Part shown: positions 41,659-58,400 of the stretch, piece by piece
Position numbering within the stretch: position 1 is the first letter of the stretch
Layout: every line of letters starts with the position of its first letter
Program-made: the position numbers and the translations under genes
The notes under the pieces: generated by a model
Database searches by the model: none
What the model saw: only the letters and a program-made list of their open reading frames with translations
What the model was told of the DNA's origin: nothing
DNA from: an uncultured Acidobacteriota bacterium
Lineage (GTDB): Bacteria; Acidobacteriota; Blastocatellia; RBC074
Direction of reading: 5' to 3'
Length of the DNA stretch: 64,000 bases
NCBI GenBank assembly: GCA_963796275.1
Contig: CAWCKY010000006.1
Coordinates: 2,304,001-2,368,000 of the forward strand

Positions 41659-42390
41659 ATGCAGATTTATCTCTTTTTTGTCTTGGTCACAGGGTTACTA
41701 CTGGCGCAAGATCGCGCGCCCAAACCTGTGGTGGAAAAAGACCAACTCAAACAAGGCAAGGCGCTTCTACAGCGCGCTCAACGAGCGATGGGCGGCGCCG
41801 AAAAGCTGGCGGCAGTCAATGACGCGATGCATAAAACGGAGATCGATTTTGAACCTACTGCTGGCGGATTCAAAATGAAGCAGACCAGTCTCTTCGTTGC
41901 GCCTGACCACATCCGTTATGAACAAGAGGATCCGTCCGGAAAAACCATCTTTTATTCGGACGGCGAAGCAGGCTGGCTATCTACCCAGCAAGGCATGCAG
42001 CCTATGACCGCCGATGTCTTGCACGCGGCAAAGGGGGTCATCTTTCGCCAGACCGCTACACTGTTGATGTCGGATCGTGACACTTCTCGCCTGGTCAAAG
42101 CCATCGGTGATAACGCGGTTGAAATCTCGACCAAAGATGGGTTATGCGTTCGCCTTGAGTTTGATCCGGCTACCGGGCTTTTGGCGCGGCAGCTTTACAC
42201 CGAAACGAGCGCCGACGGCAGTCGCCGCGAACGAGAGGAGGAGTTATCTGACTGGCGCGACGTAGGCGGAGTCAAAATGTATTTCAAAGGGGCGCTGCGG
42301 GAAAACGGTGCAAAGATGCTGGAGTTGAATGTGTCTGAATGGAAGATTAACAGCGGCCTCACTATCGAGCAGCTCAGCGGGAAACCATAA
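41659..42390 (+). CDS. Secreted hypothetical protein (LolA/lipoprotein-sorting-like beta fold)
   Basis: AAGGAG RBS, signal peptide, AMGGAEKLAAV, FDPATGLL, SDWRDVGGVK, INSGL pattern. Confidence 0.7.
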   Translation: MQIYLFFVLVTGLLLAQDRAPKPVVEKDQLKQGKALLQRAQRAMGGAEKLAAVNDAMHKTEIDFEPTAGGFKMKQTSLFVAPDHIRYEQEDPSGKTIFYSDGEAGWLSTQQGMQPMTADVLHAAKGVIFRQTATLLMSDRDTSRLVKAIGDNAVEISTKDGLCVRLEFDPATGLLARQLYTETSADGSRREREEELSDWRDVGGVKMYFKGALRENGAKMLELNVSEWKINSGLTIEQLSGKP

Positions 42391-42656
42391 TGATGTCGTT
42401 ATCATTCGTGGATTTTCTTTCCTTCTCGATCGCTGTAGAAATCGCCACCGCGCGATGAGCAATAGCATTATCCTTATCGTGGGAAGATCATTCGGCATAA
42501 AAGTTTGCGCAGCCCCTTGTATGAAACTTGCCAGAATTTCCGTTCAATCATGATCCGTTTGTTCTGCGATCTCTGTTCCGTCTATATTTCCCGTACACAG
42601 ATAAGAAAATCGCTGTTTATTCGATACCGAATTTCCGAAAAACCGGAGGAACAATA

Positions 42657-44042
42657 ATGAAATTTCGCGCATTGTTGTTATTTGTATTCGCCGCGTTGCC
42701 TGTAGGTGTGGGCGCGGATGGCTTGCGCGTCGGCGCCGCGGCGATTGTGATTACGCCTCCCTCGGGCACGCCGCTGGCGGGTTACTACTACAAACGCCTT
42801 TCGGATGGCGTGCTGGATGACCTTTATAGCAAGGCAGTGGTTGTCGAGCGAGATGGGATTAAAGCCGCGATTGTCGTGCTCGACCTCATCTCGCTTCCGC
42901 GCGCAGTCGTCGAAGCTGCGCGCAAACTGATCGAATCGCAGACGGGGATTCCCGGCGCGAATGTAATGATCGGCGCGACACACACGCACACTTCGCCCGT
43001 CGTCTCGGAAAATAGAACCCGTGGCGTGCTGGACGGCGGCGATACGGAACCCGCGTTGCGATACACTGCGGCGCTGCCCGGGCTGATTGCGCAAAGCGTC
43101 GCTGAAGCGAATAAGCGACTCGCCCCGGCGCGTGGGAGCGCAGCAATTGCGCGCGAGGAGGCGATAAGTTTCAATCGTCGCTTCTGGATGCGCGACGGGT
43201 CGGTCAGTTGGAATCCGCCAAAGCTGGACAAAAACATCATTCGTGCAGCGGGGCCGATAGATCCCGAAATCGGGTTTCTCTACTTCGAGACGCCTGATGA
43301 GAAGCCGATCACGACAATCGTCAACTTCGCACTACACGCCGACACCGTGGGCGGGACCAGGGTTTCTGCTGATTACGCAGGGCAGTTGTCGCGGCTGCTC
43401 GGCGAATTCAGGGGCAGGGAAATGCTGACGCTCTTTGCGCTCGGCGCTTGCGGCAACATCAACCACCGCGATGTGTTCTGGCGAGACAGGCAGAAAGGGA
43501 TCAATGAGGCATTTCGCATCGGCTCTGTGTTGGCGGGCGCGATTAACCGGAGCTGGGATGATCTGAAGCCATTTGACCCGGGCGCGATTCAGGTGCGGAG
43601 CGAACTGGTCAATCTGCCGCTGGCGCCGATCACAGATGGAGATGTGATGCAGGCCGACGAAGTCTTCAAACGCGTGAATACTCCGCAGACGAAATTCATG
43701 GAGCAGGTTAAGACGTTTCAGGTGCTGGATGTTAAGGCTCGGCAGGGGCGCCCGCTCGAAGTCGAGGTGCAGGTGATCACGATAGGCAGGGATGTGGCCT
43801 TCGTCTCTTTGCCGGGCGAAGTCTTCGTCGAGTTGGGCATCTCGATCAAGAAAGCCTCTCCGTTTCCGTACACAATGATCGTTGAGCTGGCGAACGGCTC
43901 CATCGGTTATATCCCGAACAAGTCTGCCTACCCTGAAGGTAACTACGAAGTCGTCAGCGCGCGCTGCGCGGCCGGGTCGGGCGAAATGCTGGTGACGACG
44001 GCGGCGAAGATGCTCGGCGCAATGTTCGAAAGCGCGCGATAA
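42657..44042 (+). CDS. Neutral/alkaline ceramidase-like hydrolase
   Basis: ITPP..PLAGY, GATHTHTSP, FNRR, NFALH, SADY, GACGNIN, LPGEVFVE, NGSIGYIP. Confidence 0.8.
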   Translation: MKFRALLLFVFAALPVGVGADGLRVGAAAIVITPPSGTPLAGYYYKRLSDGVLDDLYSKAVVVERDGIKAAIVVLDLISLPRAVVEAARKLIESQTGIPGANVMIGATHTHTSPVVSENRTRGVLDGGDTEPALRYTAALPGLIAQSVAEANKRLAPARGSAAIAREEAISFNRRFWMRDGSVSWNPPKLDKNIIRAAGPIDPEIGFLYFETPDEKPITTIVNFALHADTVGGTRVSADYAGQLSRLLGEFRGREMLTLFALGACGNINHRDVFWRDRQKGINEAFRIGSVLAGAINRSWDDLKPFDPGAIQVRSELVNLPLAPITDGDVMQADEVFKRVNTPQTKFMEQVKTFQVLDVKARQGRPLEVEVQVITIGRDVAFVSLPGEVFVELGISIKKASPFPYTMIVELANGSIGYIPNKSAYPEGNYEVVSARCAAGSGEMLVTTAAKMLGAMFESAR

Positions 44043-44112
44043 TCCAAACCATTTCGACCGCTGCATATAATTGAATCACACGATTCGAGCGACCGGTGGT
44101 CCCCCGACGAAT

Positions 44113-46833
44113 CTAGTCATGCCTGAGCGCCAACATGGGATCTACTTTGGCCGCCTGACGGGCCGGAATGTAGCTGGCCAGGAGGGCCACTGCTATGAGA
44201 AGCGCGGTGACCGCGATTAGCGTCAGCGGGTCGCCGGGCTTGACGCCATAGAGCAAGCCGGATAAGAAGCGCGTCAGGCCCAGGGCACCGGCAATGCCGA
44301 TCGCCACGCCGAGCAATGCCAGCTTGATTCCCTGGCTGATGACCAGCTTGAGGATTTCATTTTTTTCCGCCCCCAGCGCCATGCGAATGCCGATCTCCCG
44401 CCTTCGCTGTGAAACCGAATAGGCGATCACGCCATAGAGGCCGACAATGCCGAGGAGCAGCCCCATAGTCCCGGCGACAATCAGCATCACGAGCGTGAAC
44501 GAAGTACGCGCCATCGACCTGGTGTAGTAATAGTTCAACGTGTTGACCTCCGCCAACGGAAGATAGGAGGCGACTGACCACACCGCTTGCCGCATCTCGT
44601 TGATCAAGCCTTCCGAGCCGGCGCGTGGGCTGCGGACGGTGAAAGTCGCGTTGCGGAGCGCATAGTCCTCGAAGCCCGGGTTGCCCCCGAAGTTGGCTGC
44701 TATGATCGGCCAATAGACGGAAGCCGGCGCTTCCTTATCCACTCCATCCTGGCGAACATCTCCCACGACACCGACGACCTCTCGCCAGTCGTCAGTCTGG
44801 CTCGCCCGGACTTGCTTGCCGAGGGCGCTTGCAGGGGCACCCCAATACTCGCGCGCGAATTTTTCTGAAACAATGGCTATCAGACCCATGTTGTAGATGT
44901 CGCTCCAGGTGTAATCGCGGCCGGCGAGGAGCGGCGTGCCTAACGTTTTGAAAAAGCCTGGCGCAACGAAATGGAATCGGCATGTCGGATTCTCATCTGG
45001 AGCGTGGGCGCTGTTTCTTGCGTAGATTATGTCCGTCCAACCAGCGCCACCACCAATGGGGATAGCTCCGGAAAGGCCTACCGAGGAGACGCCCGGAATG
45101 GCCTCGATCTTGTGCAACATCTCCTCCTCAATGCGAAGCACGTGTTTTGGTTCTTTCACCTGTGCGTCGCGAATCGCAATGCGGAATGTCTGCAATTCCG
45201 CAGGAGGCGCAGTGAATCCGAGATGGACTCTGGTCAGGGCGCGAAAAGTGCGAATCATCAGTCCCGAGCTCACGAGCAGGATAAGCGCCAGCGCCACCTG
45301 TATGATCACCAGTACGCCGCGCAACCGATGCCGCTCGCGGCTTTCACTCATTGAACGTTCGCCCGCACGCAGTCCGGTTCCGAGACTTGCACCCGCGTAT
45401 TTGAAGACAGGGGCGGAGCCGAAGAGCAGACTCGCAGCCAGCGATACCGCGAGCGTGAACAGCACGACGTTTCCATCAACACCGATTTCATTGAGGCGAG
45501 GCAGGCCTTGTGGTGCCAGGGCGACTATGACTCGCAAGGCTCCGTAAGCCAGTCCCAGGCCGAACAATCCGCCGAATACCGCCAAAATCAGACTTTCAAT
45601 GAATAACTGCGCAGCGATGCGGCCCCGGCTCGCTCCCAGCGCAGCGCGGATGGCCAGCTCATGCCTGCGCCCCTCAGCCCGGACCAGAAGAAAGTTGGCC
45701 AGATTGGCGCAGGCGATGACCAGTACCAGGCTGATGCCGCCCAGCAGAATCCACAAGACCTTGCCCACGTCCCCCACCACCTCCTGCTTCAGCGAACGGA
45801 GGCTCGGCCTTAGCTTCCAGTCTTCAAACATTTTGAGACTGTAACCCGGCGCCGGTGGGAAACTTCTGTCTACAATGGGTAGCATGCGCGCCACGTCAGC
45901 GTTGGCCTGCTGAAGCGTGACGCCCGGCTTGAGCCGGGCAATCCCCACATATATCATCGCTCCCAAGTAGGTCTTCTCGCGATTTATCTTCGTGGGCAGA
46001 AGCATCGCCAGGTTGGTTTGGTCCAGGAAGCGAAAGCCCTCCGGCAACACGCCGATGATCATGTGCAGCTTGCCATCCACTTCGATCGCTCTTCCGATCA
46101 CTGAAGGGTCGCCGCCGAACTTGCGGCTCCAATAGCCGTAGGTCAGGATCACCGTATCCGCGCTGTCTGGGGAATCGTCCGCCCGCGTGAAAGCGCGTCC
46201 GATCAGCGGTGTAACTCCCAGAATAGGAAGCAGGCCATCTGTCACACGGAGAGCCGGCACGCGCTCGGGCTCCCCAAGACCGGTGACGTTCACCGAGTAG
46301 CCATTAGAGAGACCGATGTTCTGAAAGGCGCGGCTCTGCTCGCGAAAAATAATGTAGTGTGCTGCAGTTATATCCGTGTCCTGGATGCCAAGCCCGTCAG
46401 CTGTGAATCTGACGGAGACCAGTTCTTCTGGATGAGGATAAGGCAGCGGCTTGAGCAAAACACCGTTGACTACGCTGAAAATAGCCGTGTTCGCGCCGAT
46501 GCCGAGCGCCAGCGTGAAGACGGCAATCAAGGTGAAGCCGGGTTTCTTCAGCAACATTCGCGCGCCATAGCGCAGGTCCTGAACCAGCGTTTCAATCGAA
46601 TTTAGACTCCACATCTCGCGACTCGCCTCCTTCAGCCAGGTTTGATTGCCGAATTGCCGCCGGGCGGCGTAACAAGCATTCTCCGTCGACATTCCGGTTT
46701 TTAGGTTCTGCTCGATCTGCAATTCGAGATGGAGGCGCATCTCCTCTTCCATCTCGCGCTCCAATCTTCCCCTGCGGAACAGAGACAACAGCAGACGCCA
46801 GAGTTGTAAAAGATGTTGGAATAGCTTGTTCAT
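44113..46833 (-). CDS. ABC transporter permease, ADOP family
   Basis: EMEEEM..H leader, [56 protein letters not shown]. Confidence 0.95.
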   Translation of the reverse strand: MNKLFQHLLQLWRLLLSLFRRGRLEREMEEEMRLHLELQIEQNLKTGMSTENACYAARRQFGNQTWLKEASREMWSLNSIETLVQDLRYGARMLLKKPGFTLIAVFTLALGIGANTAIFSVVNGVLLKPLPYPHPEELVSVRFTADGLGIQDTDITAAHYIIFREQSRAFQNIGLSNGYSVNVTGLGEPERVPALRVTDGLLPILGVTPLIGRAFTRADDSPDSADTVILTYGYWSRKFGGDPSVIGRAIEVDGKLHMIIGVLPEGFRFLDQTNLAMLLPTKINREKTYLGAMIYVGIARLKPGVTLQQANADVARMLPIVDRSFPPAPGYSLKMFEDWKLRPSLRSLKQEVVGDVGKVLWILLGGISLVLVIACANLANFLLVRAEGRRHELAIRAALGASRGRIAAQLFIESLILAVFGGLFGLGLAYGALRVIVALAPQGLPRLNEIGVDGNVVLFTLAVSLAASLLFGSAPVFKYAGASLGTGLRAGERSMSESRERHRLRGVLVIIQVALALILLVSSGLMIRTFRALTRVHLGFTAPPAELQTFRIAIRDAQVKEPKHVLRIEEEMLHKIEAIPGVSSVGLSGAIPIGGGAGWTDIIYARNSAHAPDENPTCRFHFVAPGFFKTLGTPLLAGRDYTWSDIYNMGLIAIVSEKFAREYWGAPASALGKQVRASQTDDWREVVGVVGDVRQDGVDKEAPASVYWPIIAANFGGNPGFEDYALRNATFTVRSPRAGSEGLINEMRQAVWSVASYLPLAEVNTLNYYYTRSMARTSFTLVMLIVAGTMGLLLGIVGLYGVIAYSVSQRRREIGIRMALGAEKNEILKLVISQGIKLALLGVAIGIAGALGLTRFLSGLLYGVKPGDPLTLIAVTALLIAVALLASYIPARQAAKVDPMLALRHD

Positions 46834-46843
46834 CGCACGCGAC

Positions 46844-49519
<2,676 letters not shown>

Positions 49520-49529
49520 TCGTGATCAC

Positions 49530-52193
<2,664 letters not shown>

Positions 52194-52212
52194 TCCGTAT
52201 ACTCACTCGCCG

Positions 52213-52539
52213 CTAGGCTGTTTGCAGTACCTTGGCGATGGCCTCAGTCAGCCGGTTATAGGAGGAGACTTCGCCCTCCAACTGTTTGCGCCCCGTCCTC
52301 GTCAGTTTGTAGTACTTGGCCCGCCGGTTGTTCTCCGACACTCCCCATTCCGCCTTGATCCACCCCTTCAGTTCCATGCGGTAGAGCGCCGGGTAGAGCG
52401 AGCCTTCGCCGATCTGGATCACTTCGTCGGTGAGCTGGCGGATGCGCAAGGCGATAGCGAACCCGTGCATCGGATCCTGGCTGAGCGTCTTGAGGATCAG
52501 CATGTCGAGCGTGCCCTGGAGTATGTCAACCTTGGTCAT
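52213..52539 (-). CDS. PadR-family transcriptional regulator (acidobacterial type)
   Basis: LQGTLDMLILKTL, MHGFAI, GSLYPALYR, WGVSENNRRAKYY.LT..G; heads the ADOP cluster. Confidence 0.95.
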   Translation of the reverse strand: MTKVDILQGTLDMLILKTLSQDPMHGFAIALRIRQLTDEVIQIGEGSLYPALYRMELKGWIKAEWGVSENNRRAKYYKLTRTGRKQLEGEVSSYNRLTEAIAKVLQTA

Positions 52540-52735
52540 GTCACGATCTCCTCCCAATGAAACCCTGTCGGATAAAAGTTCGAGCGAAGTCTCGCAGAAC
52601 TCACATCGAACGTCAAGGGAAGAGGCCGCTGGCCAGACGAGTAATTACTCCAAGAATGGCTATTTGATTGATAAATGTAAGTAATATCGTGAATATTATC
52701 GGCGCAAAGCCTTCTTTAGAGTATCTAGGTCAGGG

Positions 52736-52911
52736 CGGTTGTCGGTTGTCGGGTGTCGGTTGACGGTTGTCGGTAGACAGTAGACGTCGCGAGACGGGCA
52801 ATCGATAGTCGGTTCGTAATATGATGAGAATTGATTCGCTTGACAAACTCTTTGCAGACTCTATTCCTGAACCGGCAACCGGCAACCGGCAACCGGCAAC
52901 CGCCAACCGAC
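52736..52911. repeat. Two oppositely oriented heptamer tandem arrays: (CGGTTGT)n at 52736-52786 and (AACCGGC)n at 52870-52911
   Basis: Read directly. Confidence 0.85.
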
Positions 52912-53254
52912 TGCCATACCCCCCCGCCAATAAGCGCCGATGCCGATTAATTTGCATTTCTGATGTAAGAGCGTGTAGCATCTCTGCTTGTGGCTGTGAT
53001 CGGATCGAAATTGCGAAACTACTCTACAGCTTTGGTCGCCTATGATTGTCCGCTAAAAATGAGTTACACGCGTCCGTCAATGACTGAACCGCCATCGAGA
53101 CAGTATTGGCGTAAGGGCGTGCTGTGACATATCTCTTCCAAAAACTTTCTAAATCCACCATCAAAATGGGCAACGCGAATGTGAGATACAAGCTGCTCTC
53201 TATTCGGCTTCTGTGTTTGGAAAATAGCGGACAATGTTTAGGAGAAGATTGAAA

Positions 53255-54346
53255 ATGAGTTTGACCAATCAACAATTGGCGCGTTACGGCTGGAACGATT
53301 TCTTCGCCGCGCATTTTCACGATTTCCTCGAGCGTGGATACACACCCGGGCGCGTCGCGCTTGAATACAATCAGTTCTATCGCATTTACACCGAGCAGGG
53401 CGAGATATTGGCCGAAATCGCCGGACGATTGAAGCACGAGGCCGAGAGCCGTGCCAGCCTTCCAGCCGTCGGTGACTGGGTGGTGCTGCGCGTAATTGAA
53501 AGCGGAAACAAAGCCGTGATTCATGCCGTGTTGCCGCGCCGCAGCAAATTTGTGCGCAAGACCAAAGGCTCCAGAACCGAGGCGCAGGTCGTCGGAGCTA
53601 ACATCGACACCCTCTTTCTAGTCACATCGCTCAATCAAGATTTCAATACGAGACGAATTGAGCGGTACATGACCGTCACACGGGAAAGCGGCGCGAGCCC
53701 CGTCATCGTGCTGACCAAGACCGACCTTTGTGACAATGTGGAGGCGAGAATCGCGGAGATGGGGGGTGTCGCAGCGGGGGCGCCTATTCACTCCGTTTGT
53801 GCGATCAAGGGTGAAGGGCTTGAATCTCTCGAGCAATATTTCAGTCCGGGCAAGACGATCGCGCTGGTTGGAACATCTGGCGTAGGCAAGTCAACCTTGA
53901 TCAACCACCTGCTCGGTTTCGACCGGCAGAAGACCAAAGATGTCCGCGAACACGATGATCGGGGACAGCACACGACGCACCATCGCGAACTGATCCCGCT
54001 GCCGAACGGTTCGATGGTTCTGGATACTCCGGGCATGCGCGAGTTACAGTTGTGGGATGTCGAGGAGGGCGTGGAGATGACCTTCGAAGATATCGAGGGG
54101 CTAGCCGCGCATTGTTATTTCAGTGATTGCAAGCATAAGACCGAGCCGCGCTGCGCCGTGCGCGCGGCTCTGGAATCAGGCGCGCTCAACGCCGGGCGTT
54201 TCGAGAACTATCTGAAGATGCAGCGCGAGCTTGATGATTTGGCACGCCGCCAGGATCAGCTTGCGCAGCGAATCGAAAAAGACCGCTGGAAGAAACTATC
54301 GAAGATGGCCGAAGAGAGGTCGAAATCAAAGCGTAAGGGAAAGTAA
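53255..54346 (+). CDS. rsgA: Ribosome small subunit-dependent GTPase A
   Basis: PAVGDWV, circularly permuted G motifs TKTD / GTSGVGKST / HTT / DTPGMRE, zinc site CYFSDCKH..EPRCAV. Confidence 0.95.
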   Translation: MSLTNQQLARYGWNDFFAAHFHDFLERGYTPGRVALEYNQFYRIYTEQGEILAEIAGRLKHEAESRASLPAVGDWVVLRVIESGNKAVIHAVLPRRSKFVRKTKGSRTEAQVVGANIDTLFLVTSLNQDFNTRRIERYMTVTRESGASPVIVLTKTDLCDNVEARIAEMGGVAAGAPIHSVCAIKGEGLESLEQYFSPGKTIALVGTSGVGKSTLINHLLGFDRQKTKDVREHDDRGQHTTHHRELIPLPNGSMVLDTPGMRELQLWDVEEGVEMTFEDIEGLAAHCYFSDCKHKTEPRCAVRAALESGALNAGRFENYLKMQRELDDLARRQDQLAQRIEKDRWKKLSKMAEERSKSKRKGK

Positions 54347-54472
54347 TGCGATGATTTTACTGCGATGTTCTGGTTGAGATCAGTCGCGAGGGATGTCAAT
54401 ACGCCAGAGATGCGCCTCAACATCGGGTTGGAACGGAATGTTTGAGGGATATCCACTCGGTTAAGGTCGATT

Positions 54473-54509
54473 TTGTATTGCGTTCTCCTTCGTTTTACAA
54501 TGTGAAACG
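54473..54509 (+). promoter_or_regulatory. Sigma70 promoter of the IclR gene with an overlapping palindromic operator
   Basis: TTGTAT(54473)-N17-TACAAT(54496); near-palindrome CGTTTTACAATGTGAAACG at 54491-54509. Confidence 0.6.
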
Positions 54510-54510
54510 C

Positions 54511-55293
54511 ATGAAAGATCGATTCATTGAAACACCAGCGTCCGGCGTGCGCGTTCTGCACAAGACGCTGAACATCCTGGAGACGCTGCGCACGTACAGT
54601 GCCGGACTATCGCTCTCCCAATTAACGGCGCGAGTCGAGCTTCCGAAACCTACCGTCTATCGGATCGTGGCGACGTTGGAATCCCGCGGGTATCTGGATC
54701 GAACCTCGGAAGGGAATTACCGTCTGGGGAGAAAGTTTTTCGAGCGACACCCCGAGGGGAACGATCAACAGGCGCTGATTCAAGCCGCTCGGCCGGCCAT
54801 GAAAGAGCTCCTTGATTCCTGCAAGGAGACCTTAAACCTTGGCATACTCGACGGGGGCGAAGTGGTGATCATTGAAACCCTGGAGAGCCCCCTGACAGTG
54901 CGGATGTCATCAAAGATCGGCAATCGACGCTTTCCGCACTCGACTGCGCTGGGCAAGGTTTTACTCGCAGCCTTGCCGGAGAAGGATGCCCATCGCATCG
55001 TGCGGGCCAGGGGACTGCCGCGGTTCACGGACCATACCATCACCACCTGGCGCTCGCTGGCGGTCGAGCTTGAGAAGGTGCGTCAGCAGGGATATGCCTT
55101 TGATAACTGTGAAAATGAGCCGGATGGGCGATGCGTCGCCGCTCCGATTTTCGGTTCTGGCGGGAGCGTCGTCGCTGCCCTCAGTATGTCCGGGCCATTG
55201 CCTCGGATGACGATGCCCCGCGCGCGCGCTTTCCTTAAAACACTATGCGAGACGTGTAAGGCGATATCGGATGCGATCGGCGGCAACGGCTGA
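54511..55293 (+). CDS. IclR-family transcriptional regulator
   Basis: HTH LSLSQL...LPKPTVYRI, ETLNL, HSTALGKVLLA, GYAFD..E, CVAAPI, AALSMSGP. Confidence 0.94.
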   Translation: MKDRFIETPASGVRVLHKTLNILETLRTYSAGLSLSQLTARVELPKPTVYRIVATLESRGYLDRTSEGNYRLGRKFFERHPEGNDQQALIQAARPAMKELLDSCKETLNLGILDGGEVVIIETLESPLTVRMSSKIGNRRFPHSTALGKVLLAALPEKDAHRIVRARGLPRFTDHTITTWRSLAVELEKVRQQGYAFDNCENEPDGRCVAAPIFGSGGSVVAALSMSGPLPRMTMPRARAFLKTLCETCKAISDAIGGNG

Positions 55294-55393
55294 GAGCGTT
55301 TATTGAAAGCTTATTGAAGCCCTGAAGGGCGTGATACGGTTCGTATATGGCTTCGGTACTCACGCCGGATTTCACCCACCAATGACATTTTTC

Positions 55394-55462
55394 TTGACTT
55401 CGATCTTTGTCGTCTCTATTCTCTGTTTCGAAATCCGAATATAAGCATTTCACAATACGAAA
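55394..55462 (+). promoter_or_regulatory. Sigma70 promoter of the TonB-receptor genes with putative IclR operator(s)
   Basis: TTGACT(55394)-N17-TATTCT(55417); TTTCACAATACGAAA at 55448-55462 resembles the site before iclR. Confidence 0.6.
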
Positions 55463-55485
55463 CAATTTACGATCAGGAGAGCGCC

Positions 55486-58400
55486 ATGAAATCTGCCGAA
55501 GAGCTCAGATTCGGAATGGCCTGGTTCTGGCTGATTTTAGTGCTGGCCAATCCCGCCCTGGGACAAGAGACACGCAGCACGATCTACGGGCGCGTGTCGG
55601 ACCCACAGAGCACATTGATCGCCAGGGCGAGTGTGATAGTAAGCAACATCGAAACCGGCGTCTCGATTACGATAACGACCAATGAAACCGGCTACTTTGA
55701 AGCGCCGCTGCTTTTGCCGGGCAAATACCGGGTGAGCGTGGAGATGCCCGGGTATAAAAAGTCGGTCAAAGACGGAATATTGCTACCGGTCAGCACAAGA
55801 TCAGAGATCAATTTTCGGCTTGAATTGGGGGAACTGGCCGAGAGCGTCACGGTGACAGCTGAAAATCCTCTCCTTGACACGAGCAATATCTCATCGGGTC
55901 GAATCCTGGATAACCGCAATTTGATGGACCTGCCCTACTTCAATAACAGCCCCGCGCTGTTGGTGAAGATTACGCCTGGAGTCCAAAGCAGCGGCGAGCG
56001 TCGTTACAACGGGGTCAACGCCTTGGGCGGTGTTTCAGATCACCGGGTCGCCGGTGGAGTCGGAGGAAGTGAATATTCAATTGACGGCGCTCCGAACGCA
56101 GGGTCCGGGTATCAAGCAGCCTATCTGCCTTATTCCGACACGATTCAGGAAGTTAAGATAGAGACATCGAATTTCGATGCCGCGGTAGGCCACAGCACAG
56201 GCGCCAGCGTCTCCCTGATGACCAAGTCTGGGACGAACGCCTATCATGGAACCTTGACCTGGCAGCACTGGCAGCAGCGATGGAATGCGGCCAGGTTCTT
56301 CACCAACACGCTCCGCAACCGGCAGATCGCCGCCGCCGAGGCCGCAGGCGACCAAAGCCTGGCTGAATCTTTGCGCGCGCAGCCGGGCCAACCTTCCGGG
56401 CATTCCAACAACTACGCGGGGTCGATCGGCGGTCCACTGGTGATCCCCAAACTTTATAATGGCAGGAACCGCTTGTTTTTCTTCGTCAGTCTCGACGGGT
56501 TCAAGGATAAGAAGCCGGCTGAGTTCGGGGTTAACCGCACGCTGCCGACGCCGGCCAATCTGCAGGGTGACTTCTCGGACCTGCTCAAGATAGATCCGGT
56601 GCGTTATCAGCTATATGACCCGCTTACCGTTAAGCCCGACCCCAACCGCCCGGGTCATGTTATCAGGGACCCATTTCTAAACAACATCATCCCGCCCGAC
56701 CGTATCGTCAACCCGGCGTACCATCATTACGTCAGATTCTTGCCCCGACCGAACAATAGCCCGGTGGATCCCAGGCTGGAGCCGACCAACAATTACCTGG
56801 CTGTGGCCATGCCGTTTGATTGGACATATAACGCCCTGGCCAATCGGCTGGACTATGTTCACTCTGAAAAACATCGCTTCTTCTTCAGGTGGAACTGGCT
56901 CAAGTATCGCGAAGACCGCCTGGATTGGACCTACGAATCGGCTCGCGGATTACACAAGGACGGAGTCAACCGGAACAATCGCAGCGGGACCGCGGACTGG
57001 GTTTACACCCACAGCAGCCAGACTGTTTTCGATTTCGTGATCGCCGCGAGCGATTTCAAAACAGGCCCATTGTTCGAGGTGCCCTTCACGTTCAAACCAT
57101 CTGACGTGGGTCTACCGGCTTACATCGACGCAAAGGCCGGCGACCAGCACGTTCTGCCCTCAATGAGGTTTGTGAATGCGATGAATGAGACGGTCTACGA
57201 GACGATCGGCCTCAATGTTCCGACGTTCACCTACTTTCAGACCATCAGCGGCAAGGTCAACGTGTCTCATGTTCGGGGCAACCATTCGCTACGCGGCGGA
57301 TTTGAAATGCGCCAGTTCTACCGGTTAGGCGGAGGGGGAGGGAACACCTCCGGTAATTTCGGTTACAGCAACATCTTTACTCGCAAGGATGATGATGGCT
57401 TCTCTCCTGCCGGCGAGCTCGGCCATAGGTGGGCCGCATTCATGCTGGGATTGCCGAACAGCCTGACCATTGATACAAACGACGACTATGCGACGAATAA
57501 CCCTTACTATGCCTGGTACATTCAGGATCAGTGGCGTGTGACTCCGAAACTGACCGTGAATCCAGGATTGCGCATCGAGTATGAACTTGGAGCAACGGAA
57601 CGCTATAACCGCATGATCGGCTATCTCGATCCTGCGGCAAGGTTGCCGATCACGGACGCGGCCCTGGCGACTTATGCTCAAAATCCGATTCCCGAGTTGC
57701 CGGCCTCGGGGTTCCTCGTAACGGGAGGCGCTCTCTATCCCGGAGCAACCGGCTTGGACCGAAGATCGTTCAAGAACGAACTTATGTGGTTGCCCCGGTT
57801 CGGAATGGCCTACCAGATCGGTTCCAAAACGGTCCTCCGTGCCGGGTATGGAATCTATTTCGACACCATCAACGTGCTCAACCAGGAGCCTGATCAATCC
57901 GGCTTCAGTCAAACGACTTCCAGCATATTAACCAACGATTTTGGGCAGAGCTGGTTGCTCGGCGATCCGCTCAATGGCATCTCGCCGCTGACCGACCCGT
58001 TTCCTGTGCGGGGTGATGGAACGCGTTTCAATGTTCCTACGCGTGACGCGCTCGGGTTGATGGCCCGGGCCGGACGCGGATGGACATTCATCGATTTCAA
58101 CTCGAAACGGGCACGCCAGCAGCGTTGGAGGATCGGTGTGCAGCGGCAATTAGGGGCCAACATAGTGATTGAGGTAGCTTATGCCGGATCTTACTCAGAT
58201 CGAGTTCCCATCTCCAGGAGACTCGATTTTTTGCCGGAGCAATTTTGGGCAGACGGGTTGGTTCGCAACGGCGCCATCGCTACAAATCTCAACCGCAATG
58301 TGTCCAATCCTTTCAATATAAGCAATTTCTCCGGGCTGCAATCCTCCGATCCGGGGCTTTACCAGGAAATGTCCCGCCTCGGATTCTTCTCCAGCCCCAC

